Positions 1-10,891 of a stretch of 56,760 nt of DNA are shown in pieces (the stretch's first letter is position 1; each line of letters opens with the position of its first letter). Where the stretch lies: positions 1 to 56,760 of the forward strand of contig JBIISI010000002.1 in NCBI GenBank assembly GCA_044341105.1, written 5' to 3'. Made by a program: the position numbers and the translations under genes. This DNA comes from Rickettsiales bacterium. Its GTDB lineage: Bacteria > Pseudomonadota > Alphaproteobacteria > Rickettsiales > UBA3002. Below the pieces are notes generated by a model, which saw only the letters and a list, made by a program, of their open reading frames with translations, was not told the DNA's origin and made no database searches.

Positions 1-743
1 AGATGCAGCACCGCCTCGCCGCTGGCGAAGGCATAGGCATCGCGCGAATCATAGGGCGCGGGCGCACCGGCCGAACCGGGCAACGCAAGGCCGATGGCTT
101 CGCTCACGCAGGCCATGGTGTTGGCGGTGAACTGGCCGCCGCAGCTGCCGCTGCTTGGGCAGGCTGCCTGCTCCAGCTCCTCTAGCTCGGCCTCGCTGAG
201 TTTCCCGGCGGCGTGGCTGCCCACGGCCTCGAACACGTCCTGCACGGTCACGGTTTTGCCGCGGAACTGGCCGGGCAGGATGCTGCCGCCATACATGAAC
301 ACACTGGGCACGTTCAGGCGCACCATCGCCATCATCAGCCCCGGCAGCGATTTGTCGCAACCGGCAAGGCCGACCAGTGCATCGTAGCAATGGCCGCGCA
401 TGGTCAGCTCTACCGAATCGGCAATGATATCGCGCGAGACCAGTGACGCTTTCATGCCCTGATGCCCCATAGCGATGCCGTCGGTCACGGTGATGGTGCA
501 GAATTCGCGCGGGGTGCCGCCCGCCGCCGCCACGCCCTTTTTTGCGATTTGCGATTGGCGCATGAGCGCGATATTGCACGGCGCCGCCTCGTTCCACGTG
601 GTCGCCACGCCGATCAGCGGCTGCGCGATCTGCGCTTTGCCCAGCCCCATCGCATAGAGGTAGCTGCGATGCGGCGCGCGCTCCGGCCCGGTGGTGACAT
701 AGCGGGAAACAAGTTGGGATTTGCCGTAGGTTTTATCGGACAT
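1..743 (-). CDS. ilvD: dihydroxy-acid dehydratase, N-terminal part; the gene runs off the left edge
   Basis: Absent from the ORF track because there is no stop codon in the window. My minus-strand translation from the ATG (cat at 741-743) gives MSDKTYGKSQLVSRYVTTGPERAPHRSYLYAMG. It stays open in frame through CYDALVGLAGCDKSLPGLMMAMVRLNVPSV (codons around 300-389). These match IlvD/Edd family N-terminal motifs. Confidence 0.9.
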   Translation of the reverse strand, partial: MSDKTYGKSQLVSRYVTTGPERAPHRSYLYAMGLGKAQIAQPLIGVATTWNEAAPCNIALMRQSQIAKKGVAAAGGTPREFCTITVTDGIAMGHQGMKASLVSRDIIADSVELTMRGHCYDALVGLAGCDKSLPGLMMAMVRLNVPSVFMYGGSILPGQFRGKTVTVQDVFEAVGSHAAGKLSEAELEELEQAACPSSGSCGGQFTANTMACVSEAIGLALPGSAGAPAPYDSRDAYAFASGEAVLH

Positions 744-829
744 GGGCGTGCCTAATGAATCAACAGGGTGATGCCGGATGGCTGTGGGCCATGTGGCTAG
801 CGCAACTGCCGCCCCGGCACAAGGATTTC

Positions 830-1837
830 CTAGCTTGCCCCGCGCGCCAACAGCAAGCGTTCGGTGTCGTGCGCGCCGTATTGGCGGGCCACGGCGAGGG
901 CGTGGTTTTTGTTGGCCTCTAGCCCGCTATTGAGCAGCGCGCGGGTGGCATCCACATCGTTTGCGGCCACGCGGGCATAGAGCAGGCGCACGTAATCGTC
1001 ACGCGTCACAGCCGCCGGTAAATGCTGGTTGTCGCGGTCATAGGCGGTGCGGTACACGGCACCCGGCAGCACCTGCCGCTTGTAGTTGAAATTGCCCTTC
1101 GGCGGAATCACCGCCGGGGCGAGTTTGGTCATCCAGCTGCGGGTGGCCGGGGCGCTGGCTGGCACGTCGATATCCGGCAGCAGGGTCGCCGCGGGGGCGG
1201 TGGTGGTGGTCACCGTGGCGGCGTTTACCGGCGCGGCCGTTTTCTTCATGGGCTCGGCCCCCGGCACGGGCAAATCAAGGCCCGGCAGCGTGGTGGGCGG
1301 TGCTGCTACGTTCAATTCCACCGTGCTCGACGTTACCGGCGGCGTGACCGGGTTGTTTGCCGCAACGGGGGCTGCGCCATCCTGCCCCCCGGGATTGCCG
1401 GCGGCATCGGCCGCTTCATTGGCCAGCGGCAAGGCTGATTTTTCTTTGGTGGCCGCTTCTGCTGGCGGGGTTTGCGTGCCTTCCAGCGCGGTTTTCACGG
1501 CGGCATCCCGTTCGGGAACGGGCAGGTTGGCCAGCTCCGGAATTGCATCGGGCTGGATTTTCGCGGCGGGCGTATTGGTTTCAATGCTGCTGGTCGGCAG
1601 GCTGGGCAGCGCCGGGCTCGTCGGCACGGCATTGTTAATGGCGGTGGGCGGCATGGGAATGGCGGGCGCGGTTGCCCCGGTCGAGGCCAAATCGCTGGTG
1701 CCCATGCCCGGCACGGGCGGCAATGGCGGCAGTGAAAAATCGGGGGTCTGTGCGTGCGCAAGGCTGCACAGACCCACCGTTAAGAGCGTCACTAACCTAA
1801 GTTGCAGAACAAATACTTTTTTCATATCATCTAACAT
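830..1837 (-). CDS. secreted Pro/Ala/Thr-rich low-complexity protein with a C-terminal ankyrin-like repeat
   Basis: Signal-peptide-like N-terminus MKKVFVLQLRLVTLLTVGLCSLAHA; the start could be 1825 instead of 1837. A long P/A/T-rich middle region follows. The C-terminus DVDATRALLNSGLEANKNHALAVARQYGAHDTERLLLARGA resembles an ANK repeat. Confidence 0.55.
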   Translation of the reverse strand: MLDDMKKVFVLQLRLVTLLTVGLCSLAHAQTPDFSLPPLPPVPGMGTSDLASTGATAPAIPMPPTAINNAVPTSPALPSLPTSSIETNTPAAKIQPDAIPELANLPVPERDAAVKTALEGTQTPPAEAATKEKSALPLANEAADAAGNPGGQDGAAPVAANNPVTPPVTSSTVELNVAAPPTTLPGLDLPVPGAEPMKKTAAPVNAATVTTTTAPAATLLPDIDVPASAPATRSWMTKLAPAVIPPKGNFNYKRQVLPGAVYRTAYDRDNQHLPAAVTRDDYVRLLYARVAANDVDATRALLNSGLEANKNHALAVARQYGAHDTERLLLARGAS

Positions 1838-2059
1838 GTTAAAAGCGTTTGCTCATCGTGATTGCGAGGATAACCAGATCTTGCCGCCACGCATGAGAAA
1901 TCTCATCTATCCGCCCTGAAACATAGCAATTACACACGCTTCGTTGCGTTGCCGCCACAGCGCCTGCTACCCGTAAGATAGATAGGGCATATCCGGCCGT
2001 GCAAAAGCCCCCGCCCCTACCGGGCGCAGCAAAAACAACATTCAACGAAGGTGGGGGAA

Positions 2060-2605
2060 TCAGCGGCCGCTCAGGCGGCGCACTTCTTTCTCGACCAAGC
2101 GCTCGACCATCTTGGTGAGGTTTTCATCGAGCCAGTCTTTTAGCATGGGGCGCAGGGCTTCCAGTACCAGGTCTTCGATCGTATCGCCCGAACGGAAATG
2201 CAAACCACTGGCCGGCATAGGCGGCAAGGGCTCGGTCGGGATATTGCGCAATGCGCTGAGCGCGGCCATGGAGTTGGCAATCGTACTATCCGCCGCAAGG
2301 GGTGCGTCTTCGGATTGGGGCGCGGCGGCAGCGGCGATGGGCGGCTGCGGTTTCACCTCCGACGGAACTTCTGGCACCGGCGCAATCACCGAAGGGTCGG
2401 CCTTGAATTCGGGATCGACCGGCGCGGCCATAATCTCATCGATCGACATGCTGGGCACCGCAGAACCGGCCGAAGCCCCATCGTCCAGCAGCTCGGTCAG
2501 TTCGAGCACATCGGAACCGGAGGGAGCAGGCTCCCCTTCTTCGGCGATAATGCGCTTGATGGATTGGAGGATCTCCTCCATCGACTGGTCTTGTTCTTTG
2601 GCCAT
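2060..2605 (-). CDS. popZ: PopZ-like pole-organizing protein (DUF2497)
   Basis: N-terminus SMEEILQSIKRIIAEEGEP, an acidic/Pro-rich linker, and C-terminus IEDLVLEALRPMLKDWLDENLTKMVERLVEKEVRRL. This closely parallels Caulobacter PopZ (MEEILASIRRIISED ... LRPLLKEWLDQNLPRIVE) as I recall it. Confidence 0.75.
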   Translation of the reverse strand: MAKEQDQSMEEILQSIKRIIAEEGEPAPSGSDVLELTELLDDGASAGSAVPSMSIDEIMAAPVDPEFKADPSVIAPVPEVPSEVKPQPPIAAAAAPQSEDAPLAADSTIANSMAALSALRNIPTEPLPPMPASGLHFRSGDTIEDLVLEALRPMLKDWLDENLTKMVERLVEKEVRRLSGR

Positions 2606-2740
2606 GATACTCTGTTCACGCGTTACTTGGTTCAGTTAAGCGATGCCGAAACCGTAGCGCAAGCAACAATATCAGTTCTGCACAGGCAATGGATTCATTT
2701 CTGCCGCAAAGGTGTTGCAAGCATGCGCCGCCGCCACAGG

Positions 2741-4084
2741 CTAGAAGCCGATGGGCAGGAATTTAATCTCGTCGTAATGCTCTTCGGGGTCGTATTGAAC
2801 GACGGCGAGTTGCAGGTAATCTGGCGTCATGCGGCCGAGCATGCGCAGCATGTTGTAGACCGCCACCACGCGATCGCGCTCGGCTTGCACCAGCCCGGTG
2901 CGGGCGTTGTATAGCTCCTGCTCGGCATCCAGCACATCGAGCACCGTGCGCGCGCCATATTCCCGCTCCTGGCGCACCCCTTCCAGCGCCATTTCCGCCG
3001 CGCCGATCTGCGCTTCACGCTGGGTAATGGTGGCACTGGCGGTTTCCATTTGCTCCCAAGCGCTGGTCACCTGCCGGTCGATTTCCATGCGCGTATCCAC
3101 CACCGCGTATTGCCGTTCGCGGGCAATGCTTTTGGCTTCGCGCACGCGCGAATATTCCGCCCCCGACTGATAGAGCGGCACATTCACTTCCACCGCGACC
3201 GAATCCTGATCGAAGGAGTCGGTGCCAAAGGCTCCGGCCCCATCCTGACGGCTCATGCTGCCCACCAGATCAACCCGCGGCAACAACGCCGATTTGTTCG
3301 TCCACACATCGTAGTTCGACGATTTTGCCGTATGCACCGCGGCGATTAATTCGGGGTTAGCCCCGTGGGCCATCTGCAGCGCTTCGTTCAAGGAAACCGG
3401 TACTTCCGGCAGGAGATCGGGCTTCTCCAGCAATCCCTCCGGGCGATAGCCAATCACCCGCTCAAAGCGCGCGATGGCGGAAATGAGGCGACCTTCCGCT
3501 GCCACCACCTGCGCCCGTGCGATCGACAGGCGCGATTCGGATTGCGCGACATCGGTGCGCGTTACCTCGCCCACCTGAAACCGCTCCTGCGAGGCGGTGA
3601 GTTGCTGGGCCAGCGAGTTCTCGTTCTCGCGCGCAAGCTGCAGGGTGCTGGTGGCGCTGACCGTATCCATATACACCGTCACCGCATCGACCAGCACTTG
3701 CTGCTGGGTGGCTTCCAGCTGGTTCTGGCCGGCGCGCACGCGTTGTTTTGCCGCGTTATAGCCCGAGAACGTGCCGCCGCCGCGAAACAGTGGCTGATTA
3801 ATGCGCAGGCTACGCGTTTCAGCATCGCCGTAATTCCATGGGCTGCCACTCAGCGAGGTACGTTGGCGACCACGGCTATACAAGCCATTGGCCGTCGGGC
3901 GGAAGCCGGAGACCGCCTGCGCGACTTCTTCGTCGTTCGCCTGCTGGCGCGCGCGCTGGGCTTTAATGGTGGGGTTGTTGCTGTAGGTTGCGGCCAGCGC
4001 GTCGTCGAGCCCGTTCGCGTGGGCGGCCATGGCAAATACCCAGCTACAGCCCAATGCAGCAGCAAGATGGCGAAGCCGGGTCAT
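2741..4084 (-). CDS. tolC: TolC-family outer membrane efflux/type I secretion protein
   Basis: The track ORF is 2741..4288. The likely start is the internal ATG at 4084 (MTRLRHLAAALGCSWVFAMAAHANGLDDALAATYSNNPTIKAQRA), which gives a signal peptide. TolC-type repeats are present (LEATQQQVLVDAVTVYMD, YQSGAEYSRVREAK). Confidence 0.85.
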   Translation of the reverse strand: MTRLRHLAAALGCSWVFAMAAHANGLDDALAATYSNNPTIKAQRARQQANDEEVAQAVSGFRPTANGLYSRGRQRTSLSGSPWNYGDAETRSLRINQPLFRGGGTFSGYNAAKQRVRAGQNQLEATQQQVLVDAVTVYMDTVSATSTLQLARENENSLAQQLTASQERFQVGEVTRTDVAQSESRLSIARAQVVAAEGRLISAIARFERVIGYRPEGLLEKPDLLPEVPVSLNEALQMAHGANPELIAAVHTAKSSNYDVWTNKSALLPRVDLVGSMSRQDGAGAFGTDSFDQDSVAVEVNVPLYQSGAEYSRVREAKSIARERQYAVVDTRMEIDRQVTSAWEQMETASATITQREAQIGAAEMALEGVRQEREYGARTVLDVLDAEQELYNARTGLVQAERDRVVAVYNMLRMLGRMTPDYLQLAVVQYDPEEHYDEIKFLPIGF

Positions 4085-4243
4085 GGCAATCCTTCGGGGT
4101 TGGCGCGGAAAAACCGCGTCTGGTTGATTTACCATACAACTATTTGGCGAATCGCTGGTGCTTGGCAATGAAAATCGTCGGTTCATCCCGTCTGGATTTT
4201 CAAATGGCGGAGGATTGCGGCTTCCCTGCCATGGGGGTGCGGA

Positions 4244-4318
4244 TGGAGGCCGAGGGCGGAATCGAACCGCCGCATACAGGTTTTGCAAACCCGTGCATTA
4301 CCACTTTGCTACTCAGCC
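4244..4318 (-). tRNA. tRNA-Cys (anticodon GCA)
   Basis: The reverse complement reads GGCTGAGTAGCAAAGTGGTAATGCACGGGTTTGCAAAACCTGTATGCGGCGGTTCGATTCCGCCCTCGGCCTCCA. The acceptor stem GGCTGAG pairs with CTCGGCC, the anticodon loop is TTGCAAA, the T-arm is GGCGG-TTCGATT-CCGCC, and CCA is encoded. Confidence 0.85.
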
Positions 4319-4329
4319 TCACTCCGCAC

Positions 4330-4358
4330 AAAGGGAAGGCGCTTGTAGCCTTCCCTTT
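4330..4358. other. 10-bp stem-loop between the dps stop and tRNA-Cys, with no U-tract
   Basis: AAAGGGAAGG (4330-4339) pairs with CCTTCCCTTT (4349-4358) around a 9-nt loop. No T-run follows on either strand, so it may be a terminator or a processing structure. Confidence 0.3.
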
Positions 4359-4381
4359 GCATCAGGTCAAGTCCTGCGCGC

Positions 4382-4852
4382 TTAGGCGGCGAGCAGTTTT
4401 TTGCGCTGCTCGGGTGCGAGCGTGGCCTGCAGCATCCATGCGGCTTTGTCGTGCACGGAAATGCGCTGGGTGAGCAGGTCGACGGTGGCCGCATCATCGG
4501 CCTTCTCAGCTTTTTCGATGGCTTTTTTCAGGTTGGCGCTCAGGGTCTGGTTGTCGCGGTAGAGGTCGCGCACCATGGTGAAATCATCCGCCCCGGCATC
4601 GCCCTCTTTCAGCTTGCTGAGTTTGGCGAATTCGCTGTAGGTGCCCGGCGCTTTTTCGCCCAGCGCACGAATGCGCTCAGCGATCCCATCGACGGCGACG
4701 AACAGCTCGTTATACTGCTCTTCGAACAGCAAGTGCAGGCTGCGGAAAAGCGGCCCTTCCACGTTCCAGTGGTAGTTCTGGGTTTTCAGCTGCAGGCTGT
4801 ACGTGTCGGCCAGCACGGCTTTCAGGGCTTCGGTAACGGGTTTATTGCTCAT
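4382..4852 (-). CDS. dps: Dps-family DNA-protection/ferritin-like protein
   Basis: LADTYSLQLKTQNYHWNVEGPLFRSLHLLFEEQYNELFVAVDGIAERIRALG is the typical Dps ferroxidase-centre region. Confidence 0.9.
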   Translation of the reverse strand: MSNKPVTEALKAVLADTYSLQLKTQNYHWNVEGPLFRSLHLLFEEQYNELFVAVDGIAERIRALGEKAPGTYSEFAKLSKLKEGDAGADDFTMVRDLYRDNQTLSANLKKAIEKAEKADDAATVDLLTQRISVHDKAAWMLQATLAPEQRKKLLAA

Positions 4853-4933
4853 GATCGTTCTCCTTTTTTGTTGTGCGATGCGTTCATTTTAACCGATCCG
4901 CATCAAGAGGCCATTCGCTACTATCAATCGGTG

Positions 4934-5110
4934 TTATTGATTGGGTGGGCGTTTGCTGTGCCAGAAGGCCGCAATCGCCATCACCACCACCAGCAACGCC
5001 AGCCCGACCGCCAGTTGCGTGATTTCGTAGCGGGGCGAACCCTGCGCGAAGAAAAGCCCCGTAATCGTACCGGAGAAAAACAGCACCAACCGTACCAGCC
5101 ATCCGAACAT
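4934..5110 (-). CDS. small hydrophobic membrane protein (58 aa), hypothetical
   Basis: Below the track's size cut-off. My translation from the ATG (cat at 5108-5110) is MFGWLVRLVLFFSGTITGLFFAQGSPRYEITQLAVGLALLVVVMAIAAFWHSKRPPNQ, with a stop (tta) at 4934-4936. It has two predicted TM helices and starts 15 nt after the metY stop. Confidence 0.35.
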   Translation of the reverse strand: MFGWLVRLVLFFSGTITGLFFAQGSPRYEITQLAVGLALLVVVMAIAAFWHSKRPPNQ

Positions 5111-5125
5111 GTGCGCCCCCTATGC

Positions 5126-6439
5126 CTATGCCGCCTGTTTACCCGATGCCCCGGCCAGTTTCAATGCCTGATCGAGATCGGCGATAATGTCTTCGACGTC
5201 TTCGATGCCGATGCTCACGCGAATCGCTTCGGGCAACACGCCAACCTGCTTTTTATGTTCTTCGGTCAGTTGGCTGTGGGTGGTGCTGCTCGGGTGAATG
5301 ACCAGCGAGCGCGTGTCGCCGATATTCGCCAGCATGGAGAAAAGCTTCAAATTCTCCACCGTCGCTTTGGCCACCTCGTAGCCGCCCTTCACGCCAAAGG
5401 TGAACACCGCGCCGGCGACCCCCTTCATGTATTTTTTCGCCAGCGTGTGGTATTGGTTGCTCGGCAGGCCGGCATAGCTCACCCACGCCACGCCGGGGTT
5501 GGCGAGCAGCCATTCGGCCACCTTCTGCGCGTTGCTTACATGGCGCTCCATGCGCAGGCTGAGTGTTTCGATGCCGTTGAGCGTAAGAAAGGCGTTGAAC
5601 GGCGATTGCGTCGGCCCAAGCGCGCGCAGGCCGATTGCGTGGTTATGCACAGCAAGCGCCATGTTCCCGAACTGCTCAGCGAAATTCACGCCGTTATAGC
5701 TGGGGTGTGGCTGCGCCAGCTCGGGGTATTTGGCCGCATGTTTTTTCCAGTCGAAATTGCCGCCATCGATCACCACGCCGCCGAGCGCGGTGCAATTGCC
5801 GTTCAGGAATTTTGTGGTGGAATGCACCACGATATGCGCACCCCACTCGATCGGGCGGCACAGATAGGGCGAGGCCATGGTGTTATCGACCACCAGCGGG
5901 ATACCCGCCTCGTTGGCGATCTTGGCGAGGCCCTCGATGTCGGAGATCACCCCACCCGGGTTGGCGAGCGATTCGACGAAAATCAGTTTCGTTTTTGGGC
6001 CAATCGCGGCTTTCACCGCGCTCAAATCATCGACATCCACGAAATCCGCTTCCCAGCCGAAGCTGCTGGGGAAGGTGTTCTGGAACTGGTCGGTGGTGCC
6101 GCCGTAAAGCCGCTTGCTGGCGATGAAGCGCTCGCCGGGCTTCACCAGCGCCTGGAACACCAGCAATTGCGCCGCGTGGCCGGAAGCGGCGACGGTGGCC
6201 CCCACCCCGCCTTCCAGCGCGGCAAGGCGGGCTTCCAACACCGCGTTCGTCGGGTTGGTGAGGCGCGAATAGACGTTGCCGAATTTCTTCAGGGCGAATT
6301 TGTCGGCGGCGTCTTCGGCGCTATCGAACACATAGGCGCTGGTCTGGTAGATCGGCACCTGCCGGGCGCCGGTGGTCGGCTCGGGGCTGTAGCCCGCATG
6401 GATGGCTTTGGTGTCGAATTTCGCGTTTTCGTGGGCCAT
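5126..6439 (-). CDS. metY: O-acetylhomoserine (thiol)-lyase / sulfhydrylase, PLP-dependent
   Basis: The track ORF is 5126..6550. The likely start is the ATG at 6439 (MAHENAKFDTKAIHAGYSPEPTTGARQVPIYQTSAYVF). The HSTTKFLNG PLP-lysine motif is present. Confidence 0.9.
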   Translation of the reverse strand: MAHENAKFDTKAIHAGYSPEPTTGARQVPIYQTSAYVFDSAEDAADKFALKKFGNVYSRLTNPTNAVLEARLAALEGGVGATVAASGHAAQLLVFQALVKPGERFIASKRLYGGTTDQFQNTFPSSFGWEADFVDVDDLSAVKAAIGPKTKLIFVESLANPGGVISDIEGLAKIANEAGIPLVVDNTMASPYLCRPIEWGAHIVVHSTTKFLNGNCTALGGVVIDGGNFDWKKHAAKYPELAQPHPSYNGVNFAEQFGNMALAVHNHAIGLRALGPTQSPFNAFLTLNGIETLSLRMERHVSNAQKVAEWLLANPGVAWVSYAGLPSNQYHTLAKKYMKGVAGAVFTFGVKGGYEVAKATVENLKLFSMLANIGDTRSLVIHPSSTTHSQLTEEHKKQVGVLPEAIRVSIGIEDVEDIIADLDQALKLAGASGKQAA

Positions 6440-6577
6440 AAAGCTCCTATCCACAATATAAAAATGTTTATTACAGCATAGCGCGCCACATTTTTGTATA
6501 TTAGTGCGCCGGCCACTGTATTTCAAGCGCGGTGGTAGCACTCCTTGCACGGCAGGTCAAACCGCGCGACGGGATAA

Positions 6578-7680
<1,103 letters not shown>

Positions 7681-7681
<1 letters not shown>

Positions 7682-8001
7682 TGAAATCCGTTTTCGTCAC
7701 CGTCACCGACTATGAAGGCACCGCGCACCGGCTGGAAGGGCTGGAAGGTTGGCGGTTAATGGAAGTGATCCGCGATAACGGCCTGCCGATCAAAGCCGAA
7801 TGCGGCGGTGCCTGCGCCTGCGCCACCTGCCATGTTTACGTGGCGAAAAACTGGGTCGAAAAACTTAACCCTAAAACAGCCGATGAAGAATTGTCGCTTG
7901 ATGACGCCATGGCGGTGGAAGACAATTCCCGCCTCTCCTGCCAGATCATCCTCGGCCCCGAGCATGAAGGGCTGGAAGTTACCCTCGCCCCCAATCCCTA
8001 G
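7681..8001 (+). CDS. 2Fe-2S ferredoxin, adrenodoxin/putidaredoxin type
   Basis: Cluster motif CGGACACATCHVYV plus the distal SRLSCQI. The start overlaps the reductase stop, which suggests translational coupling. Confidence 0.85.
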
Positions 8002-8828
8002 CCGCGAAACTTAATCACAAACGTGCAGGTGACGGTCGTGTTCGAGAGCAGGTAACTGGAACTGCTCGCGATCGAATACGCGGTTGTATAGTCAACGTCG
8101 CTACATCCGCTGGCGGCATTCGCGCTGCTCGGCGTTTTCAGGGAAAGCACGTTACCAAGGCCGGGCTTGCCATCGTCCATTTTGGTGTCGATATTCCACG
8201 CCTCTTCCGGGCGCAACACCGCATCGGTTGTCGCACTCGTTGCTATCTGCGCATTCGCAATGCCGCTGTTAAAATAAAAGCTGTTGCCGTAATCACCATC
8301 AAAATATTTACCGCTATTGATCGCATGCCGGCCGAGATAGATGATCCCCCAATGGGCCTTGGCCAGCCGTGATCCGGGAACATTCACCTTCACCAGATCA
8401 TTGGTCGACATTGCATTGCCATCGCCCGCGGCATTCACCCCCGAATAGGTGCCCTCAATCAGTCCTTCATTCGCCAGGTGCTGCCAGACGCGGTAAATTT
8501 CATTTACGGAGTTTGTGGTATCAAGCTCGATATAGCCATTGCCGTTACCATTGCAGGTCGGCACCGACGCGGCGGTTGTGGCACTACCACTGCCGGGGCA
8601 GCTGGCTGCCGCGCCCCAATATTGCTGTGCGTTATGCATATCGCCCGGCAGGCTCGCATATTTCGCCCGGAAGGTGCTGATAGCGGCGTAATAGCGGTCA
8701 TGTTCACTCACCACCGCCCGCAATTCCGCCGCCCGGATGAGCGACTGGCCAGCCAGAATACCGCCCGTAATCAAGCCAAGAATGACCAGCACGATGGAAA
8801 GCTCAACCAAAGAAAATGCGCGTTGCAT
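7998..8828 (-). CDS. prepilin-type N-terminal cleavage/methylation domain protein (pilin/pseudopilin-like)
   Basis: MQRAFSLVELSIVLVILGLITGGILAG is a class III signal with Phe at +1 and Glu at +5, followed by a hydrophobic helix. The Cys-containing C-terminal globular part is not recognisable. Confidence 0.75.
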   Translation of the reverse strand: MQRAFSLVELSIVLVILGLITGGILAGQSLIRAAELRAVVSEHDRYYAAISTFRAKYASLPGDMHNAQQYWGAAASCPGSGSATTAASVPTCNGNGNGYIELDTTNSVNEIYRVWQHLANEGLIEGTYSGVNAAGDGNAMSTNDLVKVNVPGSRLAKAHWGIIYLGRHAINSGKYFDGDYGNSFYFNSGIANAQIATSATTDAVLRPEEAWNIDTKMDDGKPGLGNVLSLKTPSSANAASGCSDVDYTTAYSIASSSSYLLSNTTVTCTFVIKFRG

Positions 8829-9018
8829 ATTCCAAGAATGCCATGTTTAGCGCCCATACACAAGCACTAGCCAAGGCCACCTTAAATTTCGATAATAATC
8901 ATCACTATCAAATAGATATAACAGGGAATTGCTGCCCAACAACAGCATAGGAAGAGGAAACCCCGACCACGCCCAATCGTTTTATCGGCGTGCACCGGCA
9001 TGACCCCACCGGGCGCCT

Positions 9019-9684
9019 TTACCCACGACCACGCCCCTTGGGCTCTAACGAGAATTGCGCCTGCTCAACATAGGCCGCGGCGCGCGCCAGCACATCGATG
9101 CGGGTTTGTAGGAGCGCGCGCGTGTCCTCCGACACATTGGCCGGCAAATGCTGCATGCCACGCGCGGCGCTTTCCTGCATGGCGCGGAAGGTACTGGCCA
9201 GCCCATCCATTTCCGGCTGGATGTAGCGCTGCCAGAATGCGCGGCGCGGTGCCAGCACCACGGCATGATTATGTTTCAGGGGCCCTTCATGCATTTCGCG
9301 CTCGGCATTCCCCACCAGCGGCAGCAGCGCCATCCAGTGCTGGATGGCTTTGTGATCGAAGCTCGTATGGCCGAGATACAGATTATAGCGGTAGCGCTCG
9401 CTCTTCGCCCACTCCATGCGCGGCATGGCCGGGTCATCCGCGAGCTGCTTGCAGGCCGCCCCTTCCAACCGGTCGAGTATTTGCGCGAAGGTGGTGATAT
9501 CGGTGAGCGCCTGCTGCACATAATAAGGCGTTTTATTCCACTCCTGCCCGGTCAATGCGTCGATCGCGCAATCCGGCCATGTATAATCGGGCATGACGTC
9601 TTTAACGCGCCGGAGCCGTAAATAGGTATTGCTCGAATGGGTGTGCATGGCAGGCATCATACGGCCCACCGCGCCCCACAACAT
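9019..9684 (-). CDS. hypothetical protein
   Basis: A long ORF with GC-rich codon usage. The track start at 9855 would overlap the nitroreductase, so I trimmed to the first non-overlapping ATG (9684). Further ATGs at 9660, 9657, 9648 and 9594 are equally possible. I recognise no motif. Confidence 0.45.
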   Translation of the reverse strand: MLWGAVGRMMPAMHTHSSNTYLRLRRVKDVMPDYTWPDCAIDALTGQEWNKTPYYVQQALTDITTFAQILDRLEGAACKQLADDPAMPRMEWAKSERYRYNLYLGHTSFDHKAIQHWMALLPLVGNAEREMHEGPLKHNHAVVLAPRRAFWQRYIQPEMDGLASTFRAMQESAARGMQHLPANVSEDTRALLQTRIDVLARAAAYVEQAQFSLEPKGRGRG

Positions 9685-9703
9685 GACAATTCTGTGAAAT
9701 TCG

Positions 9704-10267
9704 CTAGTAGATAACGACAACATTATCCAGCACTGGGCGCTCGCGGTCTTCGGGCTCGGCCAGTTTCTCGCCCATGTAAATAAAGCCCGCGATTTTATCG
9801 TCGGCACCGCCGCCGAGCGCCTCGCAAATGACCGGATCAAAGCCGACCCATTCACTCAGCCACGCCGCGCCCCAGCCCAGCGCGTGGCAGGCATGGAGGA
9901 TGTTGGTGCATACGGCCCCGGCGCTTAATTCCTGCTCCCAGCGCGGGGCTTTGATGCTTTCCTTCGGCGTGGAAAGCACCGCCAGCACCAGCGGTGCACG
10001 GCTGAACCGAAGCCGTTCGGCGTCACGGTGCTTTTCGGTGGCATCGTTGGGATGGAGGGCGGCAAAACGCTGCGCCGCCACCTCGCCCAGTCTGGCGCGC
10101 CCCTCGCCCTGCAGCACCACGATCTTCCACGGCGCGAGCTTGCCGTGATCGGGCACACGGGTGGCAATGGTGAGGATGGTTTCCAACTCCGCCGCACTGG
10201 GTGCGCGCGGCCCCATCGCTTTGGGCTTTACACTGCGGCGGGTTTTCAAGGCGGTCAGGGCGTCCAT
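9704..10267 (-). CDS. nitroreductase-family oxidoreductase
   Basis: MDALTALKTRRSVKP ... ILTIATRVPDHGKLAPWKIVVL ... VCTNILHACHALGWGAAWLSEW. ATGs at 10294 and 10282 are alternative starts. Confidence 0.8.
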   Translation of the reverse strand: MDALTALKTRRSVKPKAMGPRAPSAAELETILTIATRVPDHGKLAPWKIVVLQGEGRARLGEVAAQRFAALHPNDATEKHRDAERLRFSRAPLVLAVLSTPKESIKAPRWEQELSAGAVCTNILHACHALGWGAAWLSEWVGFDPVICEALGGGADDKIAGFIYMGEKLAEPEDRERPVLDNVVVIY

Positions 10268-10330
10268 GGCACTCTCTTTCATGCTGCGCTGCATCTAGTG
10301 TTAGCGCACGCGCCATGCTAGGGTGAAGGC

Positions 10331-10804
10331 ATGAAAAAGAAAACGTCTGTCTTGTTTGTGTGCACCGGCAATATCTGTCGTTCCCCCACCGCCGAAGCCT
10401 ATTTCCGCCATGCGATCGCGCAGGCGGGGCTCGCGGATGCATTCCACCATGATTCCGCCGGGGTGGATTCGCACCATATCGGCCAGGCGCCCGATCCGCG
10501 CAGCACGCGCGTGTTGCAACAAGCCGGGATCGACATGAGCGATTTGCGCGCGCGCAACATGCGCCCCGAGGATTTCCACGAATTCGACCTTATCCTCGCC
10601 ATGGACGCGACGCACCTGCGCGCCCTGCAACGCATGCGCCCCGGCAATGCGACCGCGCATATCGCCCTGTACCTGCCCCATTGCCACGGCAGCGGCGACG
10701 ATGGCGTGCCCGACCCGTATTACGGCGGCGACGAGGATTTCCTCGGTGTGCTGGAGATGATCCGCCGTGCCACCCCCGCCCTGCTCGCACGGCTGGGCGC
10801 GTAA
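10331..10804 (+). CDS. low-molecular-weight protein-tyrosine phosphatase
   Basis: VLFVCTGNICRSPTAEAYF is the CX5R(S/T) P-loop, and DPYYG supplies the general-acid Asp. Confidence 0.9.
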   Translation: MKKKTSVLFVCTGNICRSPTAEAYFRHAIAQAGLADAFHHDSAGVDSHHIGQAPDPRSTRVLQQAGIDMSDLRARNMRPEDFHEFDLILAMDATHLRALQRMRPGNATAHIALYLPHCHGSGDDGVPDPYYGGDEDFLGVLEMIRRATPALLARLGA

Positions 10805-10891
10805 GCGTCACTCAATTGTCACTTTACTTGCCACCCCCCGCTGGCTAGAACGTGTTTACTTGAAAAACAACGGATTATGGCGGGTGTGCGC

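Noticed and set aside
1886-1905. Short palindrome ATGAGA-aa-TCTCAT in the gap between the ankyrin-like gene and popZ.
   Set aside because: Arms of only 6 bp are likely to occur by chance, and there is no supporting context.
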